The notes: a model not told the origin generated them from the sequence alone. 32,000 bases of DNA from Pyrodictium abyssi (GCF_036323395.1 NZ_AP028907.1:1650001-1682000), one strand, 5' to 3'. Shown: positions 8,878-17,565, counted from the first letter of the stretch. Made by a program: numbers and translations.

Positions 8878-9855
8878 ATGGCTGTGGAGGTGCCGGGGGA
8901 GGTCCGGAGGATAGCCGAGGACATCAAGACTATGCGGATACGCGGCGCTGGCCGCATAGCTAGGGCGGCGGCCCGCGCGCTAATGATAGCCGCCCAGGAG
9001 TACAACAGTGGAGGCCTCGACGAGTTCCTCGCCTACATGGAGGACGTTGCCCGGCTACTCGTCTCCACGAGGCCAACCGCCGTAAGCCTGCCCAACGCGG
9101 TCAACTACGTGATGAGGGTGCTCCGCGAGAACCGGTTCCAGAGCCTAGAGGACGCCCGTAGGGCCGTCGTGGAGGCGGCCAGGGGCTTCATAGAGTACTC
9201 CGAGCAGGCGGTGAAGAGGATAGGGGAGATAGGAGCCCGGCTCATAAGGACCGGCGACCGCATACTAACACACTGCAACAGCAGCGCAGTAGAATCCATA
9301 CTGGTCACAGCCTGGCGCAGCGGCAAACGGTTCCACGTCTACGCCACCGAGACGCGGCCACGCTTCCAGGGCTACATCACGGCCCGTAACCTAGCCAAGG
9401 CGGGCATACCCGTAACCCTCGTACCAGACTCAGCAGTGCTACAAGTGATCGAGACCAAGAGGATAACCCGGGTCATAGTAGGCGCCGACACCGTCACCGC
9501 GAACGGCGCGGTGATAAACAAGATAGGCACCAGCCAGATAGCCCTCGCAGCGAGGCTCCACCGCGTATCCTTCATAGTAGCCACTGAGACCTACAAGTTC
9601 AGCCCCTACACGGTCGTCGGCCAGCCCGTAGAGATAGAGGAGAGGCCGCCCGAGGAGGTCCTCGAGAACCCGCCGCCGGGCATAAGGATACGCAACCCCG
9701 CCTTCGACGCCACGCCGCCAGAGTACATCGACATGATAGTGACGGAGAGGGGCATCATACCCCCGAAGTCGGCCGCCCTAGTCCTCTGGGAGATGTTCCG
9801 CCGCAGCCCCGCAGAGGTACACCAGCTAAGAGTAGAAGAAGACTCCACTGGGTAG
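8878..9855 (+). CDS. eIF-2B-family protein of the ribose-1,5-bisphosphate isomerase type
   Basis: The N-terminus IKTMRIRGAGRIARAAARAL resembles archaeal R15P isomerases. Further motifs: THCNSSAV, YATETRPRFQG, VGADTVTANGAVINKIGTSQIALAA, ATETYKF. The ATG at 8878 was chosen over the 8803 extension that overlaps the previous gene. Confidence 0.8.
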   Translation: MAVEVPGEVRRIAEDIKTMRIRGAGRIARAAARALMIAAQEYNSGGLDEFLAYMEDVARLLVSTRPTAVSLPNAVNYVMRVLRENRFQSLEDARRAVVEAARGFIEYSEQAVKRIGEIGARLIRTGDRILTHCNSSAVESILVTAWRSGKRFHVYATETRPRFQGYITARNLAKAGIPVTLVPDSAVLQVIETKRITRVIVGADTVTANGAVINKIGTSQIALAARLHRVSFIVATETYKFSPYTVVGQPVEIEERPPEEVLENPPPGIRIRNPAFDATPPEYIDMIVTERGIIPPKSAALVLWEMFRRSPAEVHQLRVEEDSTG

Positions 9856-10015
9856 CGGGGTGCAGCCAGCGAGGCCTGGCTCACCGCTTCTAGCCCTTTC
9901 CTGGTCATGGCGCTGGCCCTTCCATGTAGTGTCGCTTCTCTGCCATAGACTCCTATGAGGCGTGGTTTCTGGGGCGAGCGTGAGAGCCCTAATCTAGTCC
10001 CGTACGTGTGTACAT

Positions 10016-10321
10016 ATGTGCGGGTGTACTGTTGTGGCTAAGAGGAAGCTTACTCTAAGCGTTGAGGAGGGCCTGCTGAAGGAGGTGAAGAGCCTAGTTG
10101 CCAGCGAGGGGGGAAGCCTAAGCAGGGTATTCGAGGAGTTCCTCGAGTACATGGCTCCGTCTAGGTGGCTCGACGAGCTAGCAAAGGAGCTGGGCATAGG
10201 AGAGCTCGAGCCGGTAGCGCCCTCGGAGGTGCCTAGGCTGAGGCCCAGAGGGCTAGACGCTGCTAGGGTGGTCAGAGAGCTGAGAGCGGGGCGTGCAGAA
10301 AGGGTGACACCAGTTGCGTAG
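10016..10321 (+). CDS. ribbon-helix-helix-like antitoxin (VapB-type)
   Basis: KRKLTLSVEEGLLKEVKSLVASEGGSLSRVFEEFLEYM fits a beta-strand plus two helices (RHH). Its stop overlaps the start of a PIN remnant. The start could be ATG 10016 or GTG 10034. Confidence 0.6.
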   Translation: MCGCTVVAKRKLTLSVEEGLLKEVKSLVASEGGSLSRVFEEFLEYMAPSRWLDELAKELGIGELEPVAPSEVPRLRPRGLDAARVVRELRAGRAERVTPVA

Positions 10322-10740
10322 CGGGGAGGTCTACTACCTTGACACCAGTGCCCTAGTCAAGAGGTACCTAGATGAGCCGGGGAGCAATACCGTCGACGCA
10401 TTGTTTGCAGCGCGCATAAAGGCATGGCTAGGCCAGGTTTCGGTCTGCACGTGGCTCCACAGGACGGTGCCTTCACAGGCATAGGGTCATCCTCATATGG
10501 TGCCCGTGTCCCTACTAGACACGAGGCTCTACTGGAGAAGTGCTCACATCTGCCTGAGGGAGGCCAGGAGGCTCCACGACGGGGAGGAGGAGCACGGCAT
10601 AGCACTGGTCATGGCCGGGCAGTCAGCAAGCTTGCCATAAAGGACGCCTATACCCTGGCTCCTGCACAATGCCCCAGGCACGCGTCTACGTAATAGACGG
10701 GATCATGGAGGATAGGCTAACAGCGGTAAGCGACCTTGTA
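10314..10740 (+). pseudogene. decayed PIN-domain (VapC) toxin gene
   Basis: TTG 10314 opens LRSGEVYYLDTSALVKRYLDEPGSNTVDALF, a classic PIN N-terminus. An in-frame TAG follows at 10482-10484. Later PIN-like pieces occur only in other frames (HEALLEKCSHL..., IKDAYTLAPA = DAxxLAxA-like). The 3' limit is approximate. Confidence 0.55.
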
Positions 10741-10998
10741 GGCTCTTCTCCTCCCCGGAAGACATGGACCACAGGAAACGGGTAGAGGCGAAGACGTGCA
10801 TATTCCTACAAGCTCTCCAGGAGGCTTCCCGGGATAATACGGTAGACCCTCGCGTCATCGGCCTCGGAGGCTTTAGAATAATATGTTATGAAAAGCCTGC
10901 AAAGAATATGCTAGAGCCGGTCCAGTACGGTAAGCAGCGCCAGCTACTGTACAGTGTGGATGCACGACTACAGCTGCTCTGCCATAGCCTCGGGGATG

Positions 10999-11532
10999 CT
11001 AGCCTAGGTACTTCTTGAGTGCTTCTATTAGTTTGTCGGCTAGGGTGTTGGGGTCGCCGTACTCTACTATTATCCTGAGGCTGGGGTAGCCGGGTAGGCT
11101 TGTGTCTAGCTCGTAGCCTAGCTCCTCTGCGCCTAGGAGCCCTGCTAGCTTCATGGCGCTGGCTAGTGTGCGGCCTGTGGCCTCGTCTAGGGCTTCGCTG
11201 CTGGAGCCGGGCAGGGGCACGGTTATCACTATGGCGTAGCCTTCGCCGCTCTCGGCCTCCGTGACCTCTACTACTATGTCGTCTAGGTGGATGCGGGTGG
11301 CCTCGCCCTCAGCCTCGAAGCTGACGCCGCGCTCCTTGAGGAAGCCCTGGATCTTCTTGGCCCACTCGGTCTTGCCCGCGTGGCCCGGTATGCCTTCCTC
11401 CACAGCTCTCCCCCGGGAGGTTCTGCTGCCTGTCCCCCGGGGGGTTGTTATGGGCGCTGCTGCGTGGCCCTTGGCGGCTGTGTTTGGGCTTTGCGGGTGT
11501 TCATCCGTAGAATATTTGACTAGTCTCTGCAA
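10999..11532 (-). CDS. hypothetical protein
   Basis: The C-terminal ~130 aa have good coding character (EWAKKIQGFLKERGVSFEAEGE...IIVEYGDPNTLADKLIEALKKYLG). The N-terminal ~45 codons are low complexity. GTG at 11403 is a plausible alternative start and would leave a normal divergent promoter region. Confidence 0.5.
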   Translation of the reverse strand: MQRLVKYSTDEHPQSPNTAAKGHAAAPITTPRGTGSRTSRGRAVEEGIPGHAGKTEWAKKIQGFLKERGVSFEAEGEATRIHLDDIVVEVTEAESGEGYAIVITVPLPGSSSEALDEATGRTLASAMKLAGLLGAEELGYELDTSLPGYPSLRIIVEYGDPNTLADKLIEALKKYLG

Positions 11533-11542
11533 GTGGAGGAGT

Positions 11543-12679
11543 TTGGGGTGTCCTCTGGCTACACAGCTATGGCTGAGGACGGTCGAGAGGCGCCTGCAGG
11601 TACTGTGGGCCCTGCTAGCCTACGGGCAGCAGGACGCCTACTCGGTAGCATCTAACATAGCCGTGTGCTTCGAGAAGGAGCCGATGGCTCTCCTGCCCGG
11701 CGTGCACGCGAACGCCGAGGCGCTTGAGAGGCTCTGGCTCGTAGAGGCGACGCGGCCCGGCGTGTACCGCCTCACGCCCCTAGGCGTGCTCGTCGCGTGG
11801 AGGCTCTGTAGCGGCGACTACTGTAGCACGCTCCTAGCCGCTAGGGAGCTGGAGCGCGGCGAGAGCCTGCTCCGGGGCCTGAGCGTGGCTGCTGCACTAG
11901 CCTACGTGCTGGCGTACAGCGAGGACCCGGCTGCTGTTCTCGCTAGGCTGGGCAGGGGCGGCGTTGTGGACCACAGCGATCCGGTGGCAGAGGTCGTGCT
12001 GAGGCCCGGCGGCGCCCCTCTCGTCGAGGTGGACCAGGACTACCCATGCAGCTGCATGGACGTGGGGCAGCTAGGCGACCCCGAGCAGGCGGCTATCCTC
12101 GCCCTGGACAGCCCCCGGGAGTTCTACGAGGAGGCTGAGCATGCGGGGCTACTCCTCATGCATGGCCGTAGGCTCGGAGAGCTCGTGGAGCGCTGCAGGG
12201 ACGTGATGCGTACGGGGCCCTGTGAGCCGGGCTTCGAGGCTATACTAGAGGACGCAACCGGCCTGAACGGTGTCAGCCTCGTCGAGTTCGCGCACAGGCA
12301 TGGCTGTGCCAGCGTGCTCGCCCCGGCTAGGGCTGCGGCCCTCGCTGTAGCATCTGCAGTCCTCGACGAGATCCTGGGCGTGGCTAGTTCTAGGCACGTC
12401 CTGCTCGACACGCTCACAGTCCTCTACAACTCCTTCAGAGAAACGCTATCGCCCCTGCTGAGAGGCTACATAGCAGATGTGCTCGCGGCGGTGCTCGTGG
12501 GAGAGCTCGAGCAGAGCCTAGGGCTCGCTGTGAGCCTGCTATCGATGCACCCTGAGCTAGCAGAGCTTATAGCCGGGTCCAGGCGCGAAGCTGTGGCTAG
12601 GCTAGCGCGCGTCCTAGAAGCGGTGCTAGCACAACCGCCCCGGGCGAGGCGCGGCCGCCGCCTTGACGCGGCTGGCTAG
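11543..12679 (+). CDS. hypothetical protein with probable N-terminal winged-helix domain
   Basis: RRLQVLWALLAYGQQDAYSVASNI...LERLWLVEATRPGVYRLTPLG looks like a wHTH. The rest is a long helical region. TTG 11543 lies ~29 nt after the A/T box aatattt (11511-11517). The open frame upstream of that overlaps the divergent gene. Confidence 0.5.
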   Translation: MGCPLATQLWLRTVERRLQVLWALLAYGQQDAYSVASNIAVCFEKEPMALLPGVHANAEALERLWLVEATRPGVYRLTPLGVLVAWRLCSGDYCSTLLAARELERGESLLRGLSVAAALAYVLAYSEDPAAVLARLGRGGVVDHSDPVAEVVLRPGGAPLVEVDQDYPCSCMDVGQLGDPEQAAILALDSPREFYEEAEHAGLLLMHGRRLGELVERCRDVMRTGPCEPGFEAILEDATGLNGVSLVEFAHRHGCASVLAPARAAALAVASAVLDEILGVASSRHVLLDTLTVLYNSFRETLSPLLRGYIADVLAAVLVGELEQSLGLAVSLLSMHPELAELIAGSRREAVARLARVLEAVLAQPPRARRGRRLDAAG

Positions 12680-13739
12680 AAGCCTTGCCGCTATCGCGGC
12701 AGCCAACCTCCTGTGGGGTGTGGGCTGGAGCTTTGCCCCGCTTATACCGCTCTACGCGCTCGAGGTGGGTGTGTCCGAGGCCCTCTACGGGCTCGTCTAC
12801 GGCCTCGGCCTCCTCGTGGCCATGGTCTCTGGTCTTCTTGGTGGGCTGCTGGCGTCCCGGGGGCCTCGGGCAGCGTGGGCTACGGCTGTGGCGAGTTACG
12901 CTGTGGCGGGTCTCGGTCTGCTCGTGATGTTTGCTTGGCGCGGGCTGCCGGGCTTCGTGCTGGGGTATGCCCTGTACTCGCTCAACTCGGTTGGCTGGCC
13001 TCCGCTGGCTGCGCTCCTCTCTGGTGCCAGGGCCTCGTCCAGGGTGATGGTGTTTGCCCTGTCTACGAGTGTGCGGGTGGGTGCGGCTCTAGGAGGCGCT
13101 GTCGCCTACCGTGTCGCGGGGACTGCTGCCGAGGGGCTCTGGGCGGCGTCTTTGGTCTTCCTCGTGTCCGCTATCCCGGCGCTGCTGCTGGACACCAGGG
13201 GCTTCCAGCCCCGGAGACATGGGAGGCTGGTCCTCCGGGCCTATAGGGAGGCCCTATTGTATGGGGCGGCCTCTGCTCTGCCCCTCGTGTTCGCGCCGTT
13301 CGCGCCCTACTACCTCAGGGCGGCTGGCCTTGAGGTCCGGGAGGTCCCGCTCTACTATGTCTCGCTCCACGCTGCGGGGATGGTGTTGCCGCCGCTGCTC
13401 GCCCCCTACCCGGTGCTCGTGGCCGTGCTGCTGGCTGCCGCGCCTCTGCTGGTATATAGTGGGGTTCATGCCGCTATGCTGCTAGGGCTCGCCTTCCTAA
13501 GCCTTGCGGGCGCGCTCGACGAGATACTATACGCTCATGTGAGTAGGGCGAGGCCCGGCGACCCGCTCCTGGCCGGGGCTCTGCAGACTGCGAGGAACCT
13601 TGCTAGGGCTCCGGCCTCGTGGCTGGGAGGCGCGCTGTACAGCGTGGGACCGGCGCTACATGTGTCCGTCTCGGCCCTGGCTACAGCGCTTATGGCGGCG
13701 CTGCTTAGGCCTAAAGGCCCCCAGCTGCGTGGCTCGTAA
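12663..13739 (+). CDS. MFS-type membrane transporter
   Basis: 358 aa with ~11-12 hydrophobic segments and a charged central loop (DTRGFQPRRHGRLVLRAYRE). TTG start overlaps the end of the previous gene. Confidence 0.65.
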   Translation: MTRLARSLAAIAAANLLWGVGWSFAPLIPLYALEVGVSEALYGLVYGLGLLVAMVSGLLGGLLASRGPRAAWATAVASYAVAGLGLLVMFAWRGLPGFVLGYALYSLNSVGWPPLAALLSGARASSRVMVFALSTSVRVGAALGGAVAYRVAGTAAEGLWAASLVFLVSAIPALLLDTRGFQPRRHGRLVLRAYREALLYGAASALPLVFAPFAPYYLRAAGLEVREVPLYYVSLHAAGMVLPPLLAPYPVLVAVLLAAAPLLVYSGVHAAMLLGLAFLSLAGALDEILYAHVSRARPGDPLLAGALQTARNLARAPASWLGGALYSVGPALHVSVSALATALMAALLRPKGPQLRGS

Positions 13740-13764
13740 CGGTGCGGCTAAGGGCACCTAGGCC

Positions 13765-14277
13765 TTGGACCCGTGCAGCGGCTTGACGCGGGAGAAGGGC
13801 GTCTACGTCCTCGTCTTCGTGCTCCAGGAGGGCTACCGGGGCCTTGTGGGCCGGAGGCTGGAGGCGCGGCTCGGCCCCGGGGCCTACGCTTATGTCGGGA
13901 GCGCGTGGGGCCCCGGCGGGCTCCGGGCCCGGCTCTGCCGCCACCTCTACGGCCGGCGGGGGAGGATGCACTGGCACATAGACTACCTCGCAGCGGCCCC
14001 AGGCTACCGGGCCCTGGGCGCCGTGGCGGTGCTGGCTCCGCGTGGGGCTGAGGCGTTCCTCGCTGCTGCCGGGTACTCGTCGCGGCTCTTTGAGCCCGTG
14101 GAGCCCCGGCTCGGGGGCACCGACGACCCCTACGGGCTGGGCCACCTCTTCCGCTGCCTGGCCGGGGACTGTCTCGTGGCCGCGGCTGGGCTCGCGTCCT
14201 CGGTGCCCGGCGCTATAGTGGTCTACATGGTGGATGGGCGGGCTAAGCGGGTTACGCACAATCAACCCCGAGGATGA
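13765..14277 (+). CDS. DUF123 domain protein (GIY-YIG/Uri nuclease superfamily)
   Basis: GVYVLVF, GAYAYVGSAWGPGGLRARLCRHL and MHWHIDYL are the DUF123 signature blocks. Confidence 0.8.
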   Translation: MDPCSGLTREKGVYVLVFVLQEGYRGLVGRRLEARLGPGAYAYVGSAWGPGGLRARLCRHLYGRRGRMHWHIDYLAAAPGYRALGAVAVLAPRGAEAFLAAAGYSSRLFEPVEPRLGGTDDPYGLGHLFRCLAGDCLVAAAGLASSVPGAIVVYMVDGRAKRVTHNQPRG

Positions 14278-14498
14278 GCGAAGAGCTTAAATTGAAGCGC
14301 CCCTACTTCAGTCTGAGAACGGGGCCGTTGAAGCCTAGTGGCCTCACAGAGGCCTACGGAAACATTCCACCGGAGTTGGACGCTTCCAGTACACCGTAGC
14401 TGACTAGCCGAGCCAACCGCCGGTGCTGGCTCTACGTCACCGTCGCCTCGGCCCCGTAACAGTCTTCGAGACAACGACCGAGCCTGGGGGTGAGACTC

Positions 14499-15671
14499 AT
14501 GGCCATACGCGTGGTGCTCCTCGGTCAGGGCCTCGTGGCCACACACTTCGCAGTAGGCGTGGAGAGGATTAAGAAGGGCGAGCTAGAGCCCTACGGCGTG
14601 CCCTTCGCCAAGTACAAGATGGTCTACGATATAAAGGACATAGAGATAGTCGGTAGCTACGACGTTGACGAGGAGAAGGTGGGCAAGACCGTCTACGAGG
14701 TGGCAGTCAAGTCTGTCGGCGACATACTACCAGTGCCAGAGACCCTCAAGAACATCACGGTTAGGCGCGGCATCCACCTAGGCTCGATGGAGGGCCTACC
14801 GTTCCGCGTCAAGGGCCTCGAGGACGAGCTAGGATCGACCAAGGCCGCCATAGAGCGGCTGGTAGAGGAGTGGAAGCAGCTACAGCCAGACGTGATAATC
14901 GAGGTCGCCACAACCGAGCCCGCAAAGGCGTTCCACGACGTCAAGGCCCTGGAGGAGGCCATAGAGCGGGACGACAGGAAGAGGCTGAGCGCTAGCCACG
15001 CCTACGCCTACGCCGCCTACCTCTACGCCAAGGAGACCGGCAGGCCAGTAGTCTTCGTCAACGTGATACCGAGCCCACTAGCCCGCGACGACGCCATAGT
15101 AAAGCTCTTCGAGGAGGCAGGCAGCCTAGTGCTAGGCGACGACGGCGCCACCGGCGCCACCCCGCTCACCGCTGACCTGCTAGAGCACCTCGCGGAGAGG
15201 AACCGCTACGTACTCAGCATCGCACAGTTCAACATCGGCGGCAACACCGACTTCCTCGCGCTGACCGTGCCGGAGCGCAACAAGATGAAGGAGGAGACAA
15301 AGAGCAGCATAGTCAAGGACATACTAGGCTACGACGCGCCACACTTCATCAAGCCTACGGGCTACCTAGAGCCGCTCGGCGACAAGAAGTTCGTCTCGAT
15401 GCACATATGGTGGAAGACGTTCAACGCGCTAGAGGACGAGCTAGTAGTGAACCTCCGCATCAACGACAGCCCGGCGCTCGCAGGCCTACTGGTAGACCTA
15501 ACGAGGATAGGCAAGGCCCTGGTAGAGAGGGGCGAGAAGGGCACAGCATACCCGGTAAACGCCTTCTTCATGAAGGACCCAGGGCCGCGCGGCGCCAGGA
15601 ACATGTCCCGTATACGCGCCTACTACCAGCTACTAGACTACCTACGCGAGAAGGGCGTAATCAAGGCCTAG
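14499..15671 (+). CDS. ino1: myo-inositol-1-phosphate (inositol-3-phosphate) synthase, archaeal short form
   Basis: ~390 aa starting MAIRVVLLGQGLVATHF (NAD-binding). It also has LGDDGATGATP, NIGGNTDF and SSIVKDILG blocks. SD-like GGTGA lies 7 nt before ATG 14499. Confidence 0.9.
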   Translation: MAIRVVLLGQGLVATHFAVGVERIKKGELEPYGVPFAKYKMVYDIKDIEIVGSYDVDEEKVGKTVYEVAVKSVGDILPVPETLKNITVRRGIHLGSMEGLPFRVKGLEDELGSTKAAIERLVEEWKQLQPDVIIEVATTEPAKAFHDVKALEEAIERDDRKRLSASHAYAYAAYLYAKETGRPVVFVNVIPSPLARDDAIVKLFEEAGSLVLGDDGATGATPLTADLLEHLAERNRYVLSIAQFNIGGNTDFLALTVPERNKMKEETKSSIVKDILGYDAPHFIKPTGYLEPLGDKKFVSMHIWWKTFNALEDELVVNLRINDSPALAGLLVDLTRIGKALVERGEKGTAYPVNAFFMKDPGPRGARNMSRIRAYYQLLDYLREKGVIKA

Positions 15672-15682
15672 AGGCCAGGGGC

Positions 15683-15696
15683 CTCCCCACGGCTGC
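15683..15696. repeat. 14-nt direct repeat copy 1 (ctccccacggctgc)
   Basis: Exact 14-mer, repeated at 15743-15756 (60-bp phasing) in the ino1/gltD-like intergenic region. Each copy is adjacent to a T-rich run. Confidence 0.9.
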
Positions 15697-15742
15697 TTCT
15701 TTTCACTACGGGCCCGGAGGAGCAGCTACACCTACGGTCTTT

Positions 15743-15756
15743 CTCCCCACGGCTGC
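15743..15756. repeat. 14-nt direct repeat copy 2 (ctccccacggctgc)
   Basis: Exact match to 15683-15696. Confidence 0.9.
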
Positions 15757-15832
15757 CCCTCCACGACACCTTCTAGGAGACTCCGACATACGTACGCAGG
15801 ATTCTTTACCGGACAAGGGGACCCCAGCCGCC

Positions 15833-16870
15833 ATGGTAGGCGCCGCTATGCGCTTCATCGTCCGCTGTAAGCCGGGCGAACACAGGGAGCGGGAAGAGCG
15901 GGTAGCAATAGTCGGTGCCGGGCCTGCCGGCCTCTACGCTGCAGGGTACCTCCGCTGCAGGGGCTTCCAGGTGACGGTCTACGACCGGAACCCCGAGCCT
16001 GGCGGCTTCCTGATATTCGGCGTGCTGGATATACATGTAGACAAGGAGCGCGTCCGCAAGGGCATAGAGGAGCTACGCGGCATCGGCGTAGAGTTCCGCC
16101 AGAACACCCTAGTCGGTAGGGATGTGCTACTCGGCGACCTAATAGAAGGCTACGACGCGGTGCTGATAGCCACCGGTACGTGGAGGAGCCGGCGGCTAGA
16201 CATACCGGGCTCAGGGCTAGAGGGCGTCTACCCCGCGATGGAGTGGATAGTGGACTACCACATGTGGCGCTACGGCTACCGGGCCGAGAAGCCGCCAGTA
16301 GGACGACGAGTAGTAGTCATAGGCGGCGGGCTCACGGCCGTCGACGCAGTCCACGTAGCCAAGTGGCTCGGGGCAGAGGAAGTGCACCTCGCCTACCGGC
16401 GTACACGCCACTACGCGCCGGCAGGGGAGAGAGGATTCCGCGAAGCAGAGGAAGCTGGCGCAGTCGTACACGAGCTCGTATCGCCAGTAGAGTACATCGG
16501 CAGCGGCGGCCGGGTGGCTGCCGTGAGGTTCCAGCGGATGCGGCTAGAGGAGCAGCCCGGCGCAAAGAGGCCCCGGCCGGTACCGGTGCCCGGCGAGTAC
16601 GTGACACTAGAAGCCGACATGGTCCTCGAGGCTATAGGGCTAGTACCTACGCCGCCGTTCAACGGCGGCGACTACGGTATAAGGCTGCGTAGCGACGGCA
16701 CGATAGACGTTGACGAGTACAAGAGGACTACGAGGGAGCCCGTCTTCGCCGCGGGTGACGTGGTCCACGGGGCTAGCCTGATAGGCCCAGCGATGAAGAG
16801 CGGGCTTGAGGCAGCTGCGGCTATCGAGAAGTACCTCGACGGCGAGATAGGGTGGAGAAAAGACCTGTAG
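15833..16870 (+). CDS. FAD/NAD(P)-binding oxidoreductase, glutamate synthase small-subunit (GltD)/SudA-like
   Basis: VAIVGAGPAGLYAAGYL (FAD), GGFLIFG, VVVIGGGLTAVDAV (NADPH) and FAAGDVVHGASLIGPAMKSG. ATG 15833 was chosen; the longer frame from 15407 overlaps ino1. Confidence 0.8.
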   Translation: MVGAAMRFIVRCKPGEHREREERVAIVGAGPAGLYAAGYLRCRGFQVTVYDRNPEPGGFLIFGVLDIHVDKERVRKGIEELRGIGVEFRQNTLVGRDVLLGDLIEGYDAVLIATGTWRSRRLDIPGSGLEGVYPAMEWIVDYHMWRYGYRAEKPPVGRRVVVIGGGLTAVDAVHVAKWLGAEEVHLAYRRTRHYAPAGERGFREAEEAGAVVHELVSPVEYIGSGGRVAAVRFQRMRLEEQPGAKRPRPVPVPGEYVTLEADMVLEAIGLVPTPPFNGGDYGIRLRSDGTIDVDEYKRTTREPVFAAGDVVHGASLIGPAMKSGLEAAAAIEKYLDGEIGWRKDL

Positions 16871-16920
16871 CCCTCTCGCCTGCGGCTCCAGGCGCTCCTG
16901 GTTGCTTCTCCGTCTGTGCG

Positions 16921-17418
16921 CTAGGGCTTGGCTTGCTCTGTTTTCTTCTTCCGCTTCGCGTGGCCATAGAGGCCTATCCTTGGCCCTGGCTCTCTTATCT
17001 CGATCCTCCTGGCGAATATCCATAGCACTACCGAGGTGGCTAGCATACCGGTGAGCACTATCGCCTTGACCGGGTTGAACTGCTGGCCTATGAAGGCTAG
17101 GAAGCCTATGAGGTCCCTGGCAATCGCTATGGTTATGGCCTCGAAGAGTATGTCCATCCTGAAGCGGCCCTCTACTATGCTGCCTACTATGGTCCTTGTG
17201 AGGTCTATGAACACGAATATTAGCAGTACCTTTTCGACTACCTCGGTGTAGATGAAGCCGTGCTCCACTAGCGTCTTGAAGAAGTCTATTATGGCCATGG
17301 CTGTGGCTATGGAGAGTGCTAGGAGGGCTATTATCTCGAAGGCCTCGTAGACCCCCGCTGCTACCCGTGCAAGCAGTCTCTCCTGGAAATGGTGCTCTCT
17401 AGCGTCGCTAGATGCCAT
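16921..17418 (-). CDS. PsiE-like (phosphate-starvation-inducible E family) membrane protein
   Basis: 4-TM architecture with VEKVLLIFVFIDLTRTI and FRMDILFEAITIAIARDLI, which parallels the E. coli PsiE blocks. Confidence 0.6.
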   Translation of the reverse strand: MASSDAREHHFQERLLARVAAGVYEAFEIIALLALSIATAMAIIDFFKTLVEHGFIYTEVVEKVLLIFVFIDLTRTIVGSIVEGRFRMDILFEAITIAIARDLIGFLAFIGQQFNPVKAIVLTGMLATSVVLWIFARRIEIREPGPRIGLYGHAKRKKKTEQAKP

Positions 17419-17565
17419 AGCCTAGCAGCACCATGTAGTATCATATATCTGCTGCTCCTAGAGGATTTTATCTGGCACGTCGCTTACAAGCCAGAGATAT
17501 GGATAGTAGGAACACCCTAGACCCAGGTGATAAGGGGGACCACACCAGGAGGGTGTATAGCCGCG

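Noticed and set aside
10005-10030. GTGTAC/GTACAC hexamers near the starts of all three RHH-type genes (10008, 10024; 23643, 23670; 30211, 30221), considered as a shared operator motif.
   Set aside because: By eye the hexamer occurs more than 20 times across the window, mostly inside unrelated genes, so the co-occurrence is not significant. Only the phased 8-mer pair at 30209-30226 was kept.
10482-10484. In-frame TAG in the PIN remnant, considered as possible recoding (pyrrolysine or read-through).
   Set aside because: The downstream same-frame sequence is not PIN-like, further frame breaks are evident, and nothing suggests Pyl machinery in this lineage. Plain pseudogenisation fits better.
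14272-14320. Possible C/D-box sRNAs. The 9-mer GGATGAGCG (C-box-like) occurs at 14272, 23228 and 23274, with CTGA 29-45 nt downstream of two copies.
   Set aside because: No proper C'/D' boxes are present, and guide spacings (8, 19 and 46 nt) do not fit the ~12-nt archaeal rule. One copy is just the stop-codon context of the DUF123 gene. Only sRNA-seq or a dedicated scan could revive this idea.
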